A stretch of 63,803 nucleotides of DNA, counting the filler, from Octopus bimaculoides (lineage: Eukaryota), in assembly GCF_001194135.2 (NCBI RefSeq). It is 6 parts of 5 records of this genome, joined end to end, with 100 filler letters (N's around TTAATTAATTAA, not from the genome) between each part and the next. Parts side by side here need not be neighbours in the genome. Positions count along the whole stretch, not along the records: positions 1 to 20,464 come from NC_068991.1; positions 20,565 to 45,944 come from NC_068999.1; 4 more parts are not named here. One strand, given 5' to 3'. Shown one piece after another: positions 13,481-23,829 of the stretch. The notes beneath the pieces are model-generated. The model did not search any database. It saw only the letters and a program-made list of their open reading frames with translations, and had not been told where the DNA came from. Within the stretch, counting starts at the first letter, position 1. The number at the start of each line of letters is the position of its first letter. Both the position numbers and the translations under genes were made by a program.

Positions 13481-13692
13481 TTTTATATCCTTGTATTGGA
13501 TATATAACATAACGAAGCAGGGGAAGAAGATAGTATATACACGACGCACTATTATTACACGAGACTCAACACTCTGTATCAACGGTTAACAGTGACTGCT
13601 ACCAACATGAACTGCCTGACAGTTATTTATTTAATAGAAATGTCTCAGTCCACCATTAGTTATATGAGGGCGGTAGGAATCCTTTCATAACA
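13481..13692 (-). repeat. Gypsy 3' LTR
   Basis: Begins TGTTATGAAAGGATTCC immediately after the PPT; aligns with 15301-15525. Confidence 0.88.
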
Positions 13693-13704
13693 TCTCCCCT
13701 TTTT
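13693..13704 (-). promoter_or_regulatory. Polypurine tract AAAAAGGGGAGA
   Basis: Directly abuts the 3' LTR TG. Confidence 0.85.
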
Positions 13705-13789
13705 AGAATCAGTTTCCCCTATTTTCTCCCTTTTTGAGAATTGAACTCCGCTCCGAGTTTTAATATCTCTTACGCTTAAGGTTCAATTC

Positions 13790-14060
13790 CATTAGCGAAA
13801 AAAATCAGCACACACTCTGATTTTATTATTCTTTTCTTTAATGTACACAGTTGGCGCTGCCCATTTAGTGTATTCCACATTGTGGATAACTCCAATTTTT
13901 TCTAGCCTCTCTAAGTTTATCTGTTCTAACGCTGCGAACGGTACAGTTCGTCTTTTTTTAAATGTCGGTATGGCATTTTCTTGTATTTGAAACCGCGCTT
14001 TCGCTTTAGTACACAGACCCAGTTTATCGGAAAGAACTTCAGGAAAAATATTTTTTATTT
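13790..14060 (-). pseudogene. Gypsy pol fragment (start of RT)
   Basis: FPEVLSDKLGLCTKAKARFQIQENAIPTFKKRRTVPFAALEQI..RLEKIGVIHNVEYTKWAAPTVYIKEKNNKIRVCADF, then jumps to the element 3' end. Confidence 0.88.
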
Positions 14061-14730
14061 CTCTTTTTTTTTTTCAATTCGTCTGACGACTTATTTGTAC
14101 TANNNNNNNNNNNNNNNNNNNNNNNNNNNNNNNNNNNNNNNNNNNNNNNNNNNNNNNNNNNNNNNNNNNNNNNNNNNNNNNNNNNNNNNNNNNNNNNNNN
14201 NNNNNNNNNNNNNNNNNNNNNNNNNNNNNNNNNNNNNNNNNNNNNNNNNNNNNNNNNNNNNNNNNNNNNNNNNNNNNNNNNNNNNNNNNNNNNNNNNNNN
14301 NNNNNNNNNNNNNNNNNNNNNNNNNNNNNNNNNNNNNNNNNNNNNNNNNNNNNNNNNNNNNNNNNNNNNNNNNNNNNNNNNNNNNNNNNNNNNNNNNNNN
14401 NNNNNNNNNNNNNNNNNNNNNNNNNNNNNNNNNNNNNNNNNNNNNNNNNNNNNNNNNNNNNNNNNNNNNNNNNNNNNNNNNNNNNNNNNNNNNNNNNNNN
14501 NNNNNNNNNNNNNNNNNNNNNNNNNNNNNNNNNNNNNNNNNNNNNNNNNNNNNNNNNNNNNNNNNNNNNNNNNNNNNNNNNNNNNNNNNNNNNNNNNNNN
14601 NNNNNNNNNNNNNNNNNNNNNNNNNNNNNNNNNNNNNNNNNNNNNNNNNNNNNNNNNNNNNNNNNNNNNNNNNNNNNNNNNNNNNNNNNNNNNNNNNNNN
14701 NNNNNNNNNNNNNNNNNNNNNNNNNNNNNN

Positions 14731-15200
14731 TTTAACCACTCCAGCATAGGTGACGAAATTTTCATCATCTTTTTTGATCAAATTTAAATATTGCCAGCGA
14801 GTATTGAACAGGGTGCTTCTTTCACTGGAAATTTTCGATAAAATATTGTTTCCTCAAAACAAATCTCACCTGGCCTCTTCGGCAGAATATAATTACTATA
14901 TTTTTCGTGTTCAACAAGGGATAGCTTACTTAAAAGTAATCGTACGTTTTTCTCGTTGGACCAACTTTTACACTCTTCTTTGAAGATTTCTTCGTATCTA
15001 CGAAAATATGCAGAGAAAGTAATTCCTTCTTCTGAATTATAGTTGAATTCTTTAATTCAGTTTGCTACGCTATCTGGCGAGTACGAACCTAAAGTATTTT
15101 CAGACTTCTTTAACATTAACCCCAGTAACTGTTGGTTTTGTTATTGCTGTTGTAGTTGCAGCTGGTGCTGCTGTAGTTGCTGTTGTAACTGCACCACGGA
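14731..15200 (-). pseudogene. Gypsy gag fragment
   Basis: Q-rich N-terminus, then EFNYNSEEGITFSAYFRRYEEIFKEECKSWSNEKNVRLLLSKL...EHEKYSNYILPK...LFNTRWQYLNL; contains a stop and frameshift. Confidence 0.88.
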
Positions 15201-15288
15201 GACCAATAAGTTTTCCACCTTATAGGAATTTTTTCTGTGGTTTCGGACCAAAAAAGAACTTTTAAACGTCCAACGCAGGCCTCGAACA

Positions 15289-15298
15289 ACTCGTCGCC
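15289..15298 (-). promoter_or_regulatory. Primer binding site TGGCGACGAG (tRNA-Ser(GCU)-type)
   Basis: Two nt after the 5' LTR; complementary to a tRNA end ...CUCGUCG-CCA. Confidence 0.8.
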
Positions 15299-15300
15299 AC

Positions 15301-15525
15301 TTTTATACCTTTGTATTGGATATATAATCTAACGAAGCAGTGGGAAGAAAGTATATGCACGACGCACTACCATTACTATTACACGAAACTCAACGCTTGA
15401 TATCAAAGGCTCACAATGAACTGCTACCAACACGAACTTCGTGACGACCCGTCAGTTGTCTATTTAATAGAAATGTCTCGGTCCACAATTAGTCATATGG
15501 GGGTGGTCGGAATCCTTCCACAACA
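15301..15525 (-). repeat. Gypsy 5' LTR
   Basis: Begins TGTTGTGGAAGGATTCC; followed by the PBS. Confidence 0.88.
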
Positions 15526-16329
15526 ATTTCATATTTGCTTCTATTTAGAAATCAAAGGAAATGGCTTCTATTTCCATTAAATTTTGCTGAAACTCACCGG
15601 TTTTCCATTGCATTTCAGCCAGATTCAGCTCTGAGTTGCTGAAGAAGCAGAAATACTGTTATAGTAAATATTCTGTCAATACCACAGATTTGCTTGTCAG
15701 ATGCTTGATCTTAACCATCTGAGTATGTCCCTTAATGGCTGACGATATGTGCATCTCTGATCATTAGCAGTGGGGAACATTATAGCCATGTGTTAAGATG
15801 GATTCTTTTGGGTTTGAATAGATATTGTAACAAAAGTAAAGTGTGAAGGAGACATTAGCCATTTTTCATACTTTCTAGGAGTAAGTAAATAACAGTTGCT
15901 ACCCAAGGACAAAAATTGTATTATTCAGTGTAATGTGATTTACGTCCCTATACTTTGTTGCATCAGTAACTCCAAACCCAGTCAGAGCTTTACTGAGTGA
16001 GCACCCACACAGCACCCCCAACAGTCCACTCCAATTACCATGCAACGTTCCTGCCTGCCAGTCTTGGTTTCTGTATTGCTCTGCCAGTTCAGCTCTAGAA
16101 GCAATATATATGAGCAAAAGGAGACATGATGACCACTGCTTGGATATGCTTTGTCAATAGTGTACTATATAAGAGTTGACCAAAGGCTAGACAACAATAA
16201 CAACGAAAGCTGTTTAGACATTTATCAAGTGTACCAATAATTGAAGGTTAAAATCTAACCTAAAATATATAACATTCTTCCACTGCTCTAGGGACAAATT
16301 CTGTGGATTTTTACTCAACTCTAAACGCT

Positions 16330-16887
16330 TTGAAACGTTTGTTTTTGAAAGTAGTGGTTTTCTGATTACATCCCTCCCGTGAAATCCAGCTTTGTGCAGC
16401 TCCCGGCGAACAGTTTTTGTGGAAACTGGGTTCTCAAGGTGGTCATTAAGCCCTTTAGTAATTTAGGGAGCTGTATTTTTGTGATCCTTTCAAACAATTC
16501 ACGTAAGAGTCCGACGGTCCCTATCTGAACGTTTTGGTTTTCTTCCAGAGTTTTGTTTTTCCCTCTTTCTTAAAGGTTGTCATTACTTTCGAGACAGTAC
16601 TTCTTGATACGCCGAACATTTCGGCTGTTTGCGGTACGTTAACGCCTGCCATATGAGGACCAATAACTCGACCTCTTTGAAAGTCCGATAGATCTGTCAT
16701 TTTAAGGAATTTTAATTACACTTTTCTAGTGGTATCTGAAAAGAAACTGCAATTTTAGCAAAACATATTAAGCAACACTAATAATGAATAAAATAAACAT
16801 AAAAATAAACAAACTTTTGACGGTTTTATAGATATTTCAAAATCATGACGCTATGATGGTAGGTGTTTCCATTATTTTGTCCAACCC
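16330..16887 (-). mobile_element. Tc1-like transposon, 5' part
   Basis: ATG at 16700: MTDLSDFQRGRVIGPHMAGVNVPQTAEMFGVSRSTVSKVMTTFKKEGK...; TIR-like GGGTTGGACAAAATAATGGAAACACC next to the gap. Confidence 0.88.
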
Positions 16888-17702
16888 NNNNNNNNNNNNN
16901 NNNNNNNNNNNNNNNNNNNNNNNNNNNNNNNNNNNNNNNNNNNNNNNNNNNNNNNNNNNNNNNNNNNNNNNNNNNNNNNNNNNNNNNNNNNNNNNNNNNN
17001 NNNNNNNNNNNNNNNNNNNNNNNNNNNNNNNNNNNNNNNNNNNNNNNNNNNNNNNNNNNNNNNNNNNNNNNNNNNNNNNNNNNNNNNNNNNGTTTATGCA
17101 TTTATGTTGATCTGTTTATGTTTCCGTAACTTAAACGATTCGGCAAAAGAAATCGATGGAAATAATACCAAGCATTAAAAAAATAAGTACCGGGGCCGAT
17201 TTATTCGACTAAACCCGCCAATACGGTGCCCCAGGATAGTCGTACTCAAATGAGTGAAACAAGTAAAAGATAAAAAAAAAAAAGACATGCAACAATTATA
17301 TTTCATATTACATTTTCTGTAATTTTCACCATTGTTCATATTTCGAGATTCGTCCCTTTTACGCTTTTAACCATCGATGAAAGGAAAAGTCTTTATTGAA
17401 AGAAAAGGTTAGTACTAATAAAAAATGTCCAAAATATTTGGTAAATAACCATATTCTGTACTTCAATTCAATGTAATCATTTTGTGCTTCTACTTGGTCC
17501 CTCGACCTTTTCAGTTTGTTTTTGTTCAGGCCTAGGTCACTGTTCTACGGCCAAACGATATCATAATTGTTGTTACCGACATCAGTTTATCAAATTTCAG
17601 TTGGTATTTTGTCAATCTCTGTTTATAAAATGGCTAAATTTCAGCATACGGCGCTCTGTGTCTCTTTCCCTCATAAATTTTCGTTGTGATATTTAAACGC
17701 GC

Positions 17703-17980
17703 GCTAGAGTCGCAATTGCATGCTGGAGTCACAAATTCATGTTGGAATCACAGCTGCATGCTAGAATCACAACTGTATACTGGCATTACGGTTGCATGCA
17801 GGAGTCACAATTGCGTGTTGGAGTCAAGCTGCATGCTGGAGTCAAGATGCATGCTTGAGTCACGATCTCATGTAGGAGTCACAAATGAAACTGGAGTCAA
17901 GTTTTCATGTTGGAGTCACAGCTGCATACTGGAGTCGCAGTTGCATGCTGGAGTCATAGTTGCATGCAGGAGTCACAATT
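17703..17980. repeat. Degenerate 18-19 bp minisatellite (GCATGCTGGAGTCACAGTT)n, about 15 units
   Basis: Head-to-tail variant units; explains ORF 17686..18012. Confidence 0.85.
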
Positions 17981-18139
17981 TGATGCTTATTAAATTGAAA
18001 TATTCCCTATAAAACAGGGAATACTAAATCAAGATTTACTTATTCACTAGAAACAAAGATAATTTGGGGATAAATAAAACAATGGGATGTTGCAATGTTA
18101 ATTTATCTTTTCGGGACCTCCTAGCATCGCCTGTTCCCA

Positions 18140-18186
<47 letters not shown>

Positions 18187-18699
18187 AACACACACACGTA
18201 TAAAATGCAAGCACAAAGCAACGTAGTAATTCATACAATGTAAGGGAGATTACTTGAAATTGACCCCGATTGTCTTTGTTGCAGAGTTAATTCCCCTTAA
18301 CTTTTCAACTTTTATGCAGTTACAATTAGTTATTCAATGATGTTTCGTAAATACATGAAACGTTGTTGTTTTTAATGCTTTGGTAGTTGTACTGTTGGAT
18401 GATGGGATTGCTGGCCTTTTAAAGTATTCCCTTTCTCTTTTTCATATTTTTGGTTGAGCGAGATACATGTGGCCCAACTGGGGTCGATGTAATCGACTTA
18501 ACCTCTGATCCGAAACTGCTGGCCCGTGCCAAAATTTCAAATCAAGATATCTTTAGACTATGGAGGTGCCACTGGTTTTCTCTTCGCACCGTCTTGCAAC
18601 AGATTGCTACTTCAATGCGTGCCCTGCGTTTTTAGGCAAGTTTTCTCCACTTTTGGGGTTCGTTTGAAACTGAAGACAATGTGGTTATGACCTGGATCC

Positions 18700-19200
18700 C
18701 TGTCGGTTACGATGGTGAATATTCCAGTTGATATGATCAACCGAAGAGCTTGCTACTGAAATTAATGTACAAGTGGCTGAGCACTCCTCAAACGTACGTT
18801 CTCATCACGTGATTCTCAGAGAGATTCAAAGTGACACACCAAATGTAATAATGCCGTCCCTTTGAATTACAGGTACATCTCAATGTTTTGCCAGCTGAGA
18901 GGACTGGAGCAAAGAGAAATAAAGTGTATTGCTCAAGAACATAACGCGTCGCCGGGAATCGAACTCACGACCGTGCGATCGGAAGGCAAATACCCTAACC
19001 ACTAAGCCACGCAACTTCACAATGTGGTTATTCTTTTTACTTGTTTCGGTCATTTGACTGCGGCCATGCTGGAGCACCGCCTTAAAGAGTTTTAGTCGAA
19101 GAAATCGACCCTTGGTCTTATTCTTTGTAAGCCTAGTACTTATTCCCCGCTAAGTTATAGGGACATAATCACACCAACATCAGCTGTCAAGTGATAGGGG
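18700..19200 (-). mobile_element. Two adjacent SINE fragments
   Basis: 18700-19020 matches the 10484-10874 family; 19030-19200 matches the 3' half of the bipartite SINE. Confidence 0.75.
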
Positions 19201-19469
19201 GATCAGACACACACAGAAAGACACATTCACATAAACATATACATACATATATGCGAAACTATAATGACTTTCCAGAAACCGACTGAAGAGGAAATCTGCT
19301 GCGAATGGTCCGTGTATCTTGTTTCTGTCTTGCTTGCCGTTTCTTATGTTATCGTCTATTTTCCGTGTGTTGTGTTTTGTTTGATTTCCGATTGTTAAGT
19401 TCTTTTTGTCCTACCTCTGATTAATCTACACGGCTCACCGCACAACCTGTTGTCTACAGGAGTAGATGT

Positions 19470-20010
19470 GTGGTAAGTAGCTTCCTTACCAACCACATGG
19501 TTCCGGGTTCAGTCCCACTGTGTGGCACCTTGGGCAAATGTCTTCTACTATAGCCTCGGGCCGACCAAAGCCTTGTGAGTGGATTTGGTAGACGGAAACT
19601 GAAAGACGCCTGTTGTATATATATATATATATATNNNNNNNNNNNNNNNNNNNNNNNNNNNNNNNNNNNNNNNNNNNNNNNNNNNNNNNNNNNNNNNNNN
19701 NNNNNNNNNNNNNNNNNNNNNNNNNNNNNNNNNNNNNNNNNNNNNNNNNNNNNNNNNNNNNNNNNNNNNNNNNNNATGTATGTGTGTGTGTGTGTGTGTG
19801 TATGTTTGTGTGTCTGTGTTTGTCCCCCCAACATCGCTTGACAACCGATGCTGGTGTGTTTACGTCCCCGTAACTTAGCGATTCGGCAAAAGAGACCAAT
19901 TGAATAAGTGCTAGGCTTCCAAAGAATAAGTCCTAGGGTCGATTTGCTCGACTAAAGGCGGTGCTCCAGCATGGCCGCAGTCAAATGACTGAAACAAGTA
20001 AAAGAGTATA
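19470..20010 (+). mobile_element. Bipartite tRNA-derived SINE with internal (TA)n/(TG)n
   Basis: Head GGTAAGTAGCTT...GGTTCAGTCCCAC...GGAAACTGAAAGA, then microsatellite/gap, then 3' half ending GCGGTGCTCCAGCATGGCCGCAGTCAAATGACTGAAACAAGTAAAAGAG. Confidence 0.88.
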
Positions 20011-20084
20011 TATATAGTTGAAATTTACAGAAAAACAACAGACGAAGACAAGTGTATGAACAACAAGCAGGTTTATTAGTTATA

Positions 20085-20443
20085 TACACGACGGGCTTCT
20101 TTTAGTTTCCATTTACCAAATCCATTCACAAGGCTTTGGACGGCCCGAGGCTGAAGTAGAAGACACTTGCCTAAGGTCCCATGCAGTGGAACTGAACCCG
20201 AAACCATGTGGTTGGGAAACAGACTTCTTACCACATAGCCTGCACCTTGTGGTTATATTTACAAAGAAAATATAAATAGGCGCAGGAGTGGCTGTATGGT
20301 ACGTAGCTAGCTTACCAACCACATGGTCCCGAGTTCAGTCCCACTGCGTGGCATCTTGGGCAAGTGTCTTCTACTATAGCCTCGGGCCGACCAAAGCCTT
20401 GTGAGTGGATTTGGTAGACGGAAACTGAAAGAAGCCCGTCGTA
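20085..20443. repeat. Head-to-head pair of SINE heads (inverted repeat, arms about 155 bp)
   Basis: 20085-20240 is the reverse complement of 20289-20443. Confidence 0.88.
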
Positions 20444-20508
20444 TATATGTATATATATATATATNNNNNNNNNNNNNNNNNNNNNNNNNNNNNNNNNNNN
20501 NNNNNNNN

Positions 20509-20520
20509 TTAATTAATTAA
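20509..20520. other. Assembly linker TTAATTAATTAA inside a 100-bp gap (also 45989, 59320, 61347, 62508)
   Basis: Identical self-complementary 12-mer with stops in all six frames, centred in N runs (44 N each side at 20509). Confidence 0.93.
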
Positions 20521-20564
20521 NNNNNNNNNNNNNNNNNNNNNNNNNNNNNNNNNNNNNNNNNNNN

Positions 20565-20888
20565 GGTACTTGTGCCGGTGGCATGTGAAAAAACATTCGA
20601 GTGAGGTCGTTGCCAGTACCACTGGACTGGCTCCTGTGCAGATGGCATGTAAAAAACACCATTTGAACATGGCCATTGCCAGTACTACCTGACTGGCCCT
20701 CGTGCTGGTGGCACGTAAAAGCACCCACTACACTCTCGGAGTGGTTGGCATTAGGAAGGGCATCCGGCTGTAAAATCTCTGCCAAATCAGATTGGAGCCT
20801 GGTGTAGCCATCTGGTTCACCAGTCCTCAGTCAAATCATCCAACCCATGCTAGCATGGAAAGCGGACATTAAACGATGATGATGGTGA
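20565..20888 (+). mobile_element. RTE-associated 3' tail with about 60-bp internal repeats and (GAT)n end
   Basis: Same sequence follows RTE ORFs at 24680-25190, 37630-38100 and 40050-40370. Confidence 0.78.
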
Positions 20889-21279
20889 TAGAAAATTCAT
20901 TTGATATGTGGTACTCCCCTTTTATTGGACTAAAGAACAGAAAACATGTCTATTACTTTAATCATATAATACGAGGCAAGTCTTCTTCCCCTCCCAGAAT
21001 TTTTTTGTTTTCCATTTCTCTTTTTTTTCACCATTAAGCTAACCAAGACTGTATAATTATCTCCAGCATTAAAAAGGTTATGTGCTTCCAGCCAGAATGT
21101 CTGAAGAGTCATCAGTATTGCCAAGTGCAATAGCAGATGCAAAACCAATGGTAATTCTCTGATCATTTATATGCCATAATCAAGAATATACTACTCAACA
21201 ATATAAAAATATAACTGCTCAATTTCTCTTTTAGAATGTGTTTTTTCTGACTTATGGACAACACTTCTCTTGTTACAGA

Positions 21280-23560
21280 GTGTATCACATGGTTTGTACT
21301 TTATAGATGCCTCTCTGATTGTGCACCTATATATTGTCATGAAAGGACTTGTTTTATATGCTCTTTATGGATATGGAAATATATGATCTTGGTTATTCTA
21401 CCAAAACCATACCTGTGTCATCAAACGAGCTGGACATAAGGATGTGCTGGGGGAAGTTCATTGACTTTATAAGTTGCATGAAATAGAAAGCCTACTTCTA
21501 TGACCAAACAACATCACCCTCAGATTCCAATTTTTATAACATCAAATCTGGAAGGTTCCTTCCCAGAATCAAAGAACTGAAAGCCTTCAAAGCAGATCTA
21601 CTGAGCATCATCTTCAAACTGAAATACCAGAAGTTCTCTAGCCTGCTTCAGTGCAAGCTTACTTCAAATATACATTTCCTTAAAGATTCAGACTGGGCTT
21701 TGCTTTTCTCAGATAAAACCAAAATCCTAAGTAAAAACCAGCACATATGATGAGGCTCTTTGGGGATAGCTTCACACAAAACTATAGATGATAGATTGCT
21801 AGCCACTAAACCTTTTCCTATTTTCTCTCCCTTTCTGTCAAAGAGCATAGGTTTGAAATGTAAAAGACTTTCTCACTTCCCAAGCATTAAACTAATACAT
21901 CTGTTTGTTGTTTACACACCCGTCTTCGTCTTTTGTGAATTCTCACTATAGATGAGCTTCCCTCATATGATGGCATAAATAATGTACCAAAATATTTAGC
22001 TAATGTGTTAGATATAGCTGAGAGAGTAAAAGCCTTAGCTGAGAGGAATGCTTTTATTATCACCAAAGATCATAAGCCAAACTTCACCTCCAACCCCAAG
22101 TTCCACCTGATTAACCCATCTAAATCAGAATTGAGGAAGATAAGCAATGATATAAGGAAGATATCCTGTCTTATGACAATAACAATGAAGTAATTTAATG
22201 GTTTAAAGCAAGCCAAAGTAGAAATAGAGCAGGGTTCAATTCAATATAGTGGACATTTATTCATCTGCATCAAAGACATTATTTTCACTAATCAGTGTTA
22301 GCAATAGGGATATATAGGTAATAATTCATGCCAGAAAGACCCTGCTGTTCAACAAATGTTCAGCCTGCCTCAAACAAACTAACCCAGAAGATTCTTTCGA
22401 TGTGGTGATGGAAGCATTATCTGTGCAGATATCTGTGACCTCATAAGATTATTTGTGACACCTTAAACAGGTTGTCCCGTCAACCAGCTTTGGTCTATAT
22501 AGGGATGTTTAAGCCATCTCTAGAGGCAGAAATGGGCATACTTTGAATAAGCTTAGGAAAGACTTGATTCACAACCTTAACTCCATTGAACTTAAGGTTA
22601 CTATTGAAACCAAAGTTACCTTAGATATAACATTCAATTTGAGCACTTGTTCATATAATCCATACTGCAAACCTAATGAAAGGTTGTCATATATCAACAC
22701 AGCCTCCTGGCACTCACCTATATATAGTCTTTAAAAACCCCAAAATGTGTCATTAAGATTATTTCAAAATTATCCTTGAATAAAGATGTTTTTGATGTAA
22801 TAGTCCCCTATAACAATGAGGCTCTTGTAACCAGTGGGTTTAAGAATTGAACTACTTATATGACTGGCCCTAATACCCACAAGAGAAAAGTGCCACTGTA
22901 AAGTTTTCTGGTTTGCCATGCCCGTCACACTCAACATAAGATCTATGTGTAAAGTGCCTTCCTTAGATTGTTAGATAAGCATTTCACATTGTCCCATAGG
23001 TATAGGAGATTATTCAGTAGACATAATTTAAGGGCTGCATTCAGATGTGCACCTAGTGTCAAAAAGATATTAGTGTACATTTCAAAGCACTGTACAGAGG
23101 CAGGATGCCCATGTAGGATTAGCAGTGAGTGTTCAGTGAAAGGTTGGTGTAACACCAAGGGTGTGGTCTATGAAGCAGAGGTAGTACGATCAAACAACAG
23201 CAGCAAAGGAGGAACACACACTCAGAAATATGTTGGGGCAATAGAGGCCCCCTTTAAAGCTAGGCTAAATAATCACAAACCCTCTTTTAGGATCCAAGAG
23301 AGGTGCAACATTACAATATTAACCGTTTATATATGGTGATTAAAAGAGGAAGGAACACCATACAAAATCAACAAGAAACTGCTGGAACAACCTGAGCTAT
23401 ACCTGAACAGAAGCAACTAAGCTTTACTTAGCTGAGAGAAGAATAATCTTAAAAAATTCACACAGTCCAGGTACCTTTTTGAACTCAAAAAGTGAAATTT
23501 GTAGCCATTGCCCTTATGATAGAAAATTTATTTTGAAAGCATGTCCTTCTCCTTTTTAAA
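21280..23560 (+). mobile_element. Penelope-like element (RT + GIY-YIG), near full length, decayed
   Basis: LKAFKADLLSIIFKL..., FIITKDHKPNFTSNPKFHLINPSKSEL, IHARKTLLF, GLYRD, KPNERLSYIN, and VVYEAEV...KYVGAIEAPFKARLNNHKPSF; many stops. Confidence 0.9.
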
Positions 23561-23829
23561 ACTGAAGAACCAAAAATATGTACACCAGCACAGCTGACCC
23601 CATTCAGCCATAGCTGGAATCATACAATAGGAAGTAATTATTCCCTTCCCAGATAGTTTTTTTTTTTTTTCATTTCACAAATGAGCTGACCAAGATTGTA
23701 TATTTACAGTTAACATTAAAGAGACAATGTGTTCTTAGCCATTGGTATTGCTGAGTGCAGCAGTAGATGCAAAATAAATAGCAACTTTGTGACTGACCAG
23801 TTGTATGCCATAACCAAGACTATACAACT

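Larger units (their letters stand above)
13481..15525 (-). mobile_element. Internally deleted Ty3/Gypsy LTR retrotransposon with both LTRs
   Basis: Two LTRs of about 212 and 225 bp starting TGTT on the minus strand, PBS, PPT, gag and the start of RT. Confidence 0.92.

Noticed and set aside
16040-16130. Signal-peptide-like MQRSCLPVLVSVLLCQFSS as an alternative first exon
   Set aside because: Stops after 29 codons with no donor, and lies downstream of exon 2.
19283-19310. CTGAAGA...GAA hammerhead-like string (also 12802-12880 and about 30419-30440)
   Set aside because: Core or stems too degenerate to support a call.
20509-20520. Recurrent TTAATTAATTAA motif as a biological element
   Set aside because: Occurs only in the middle of 100-bp N gaps; it is a six-frame-stop scaffolding linker.
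20930-21166. Minus ORF with hydrophobic N-terminus MIRELPLVLHLLLHLAIL
   Set aside because: No splice or homology support; AT-rich low-complexity remainder.
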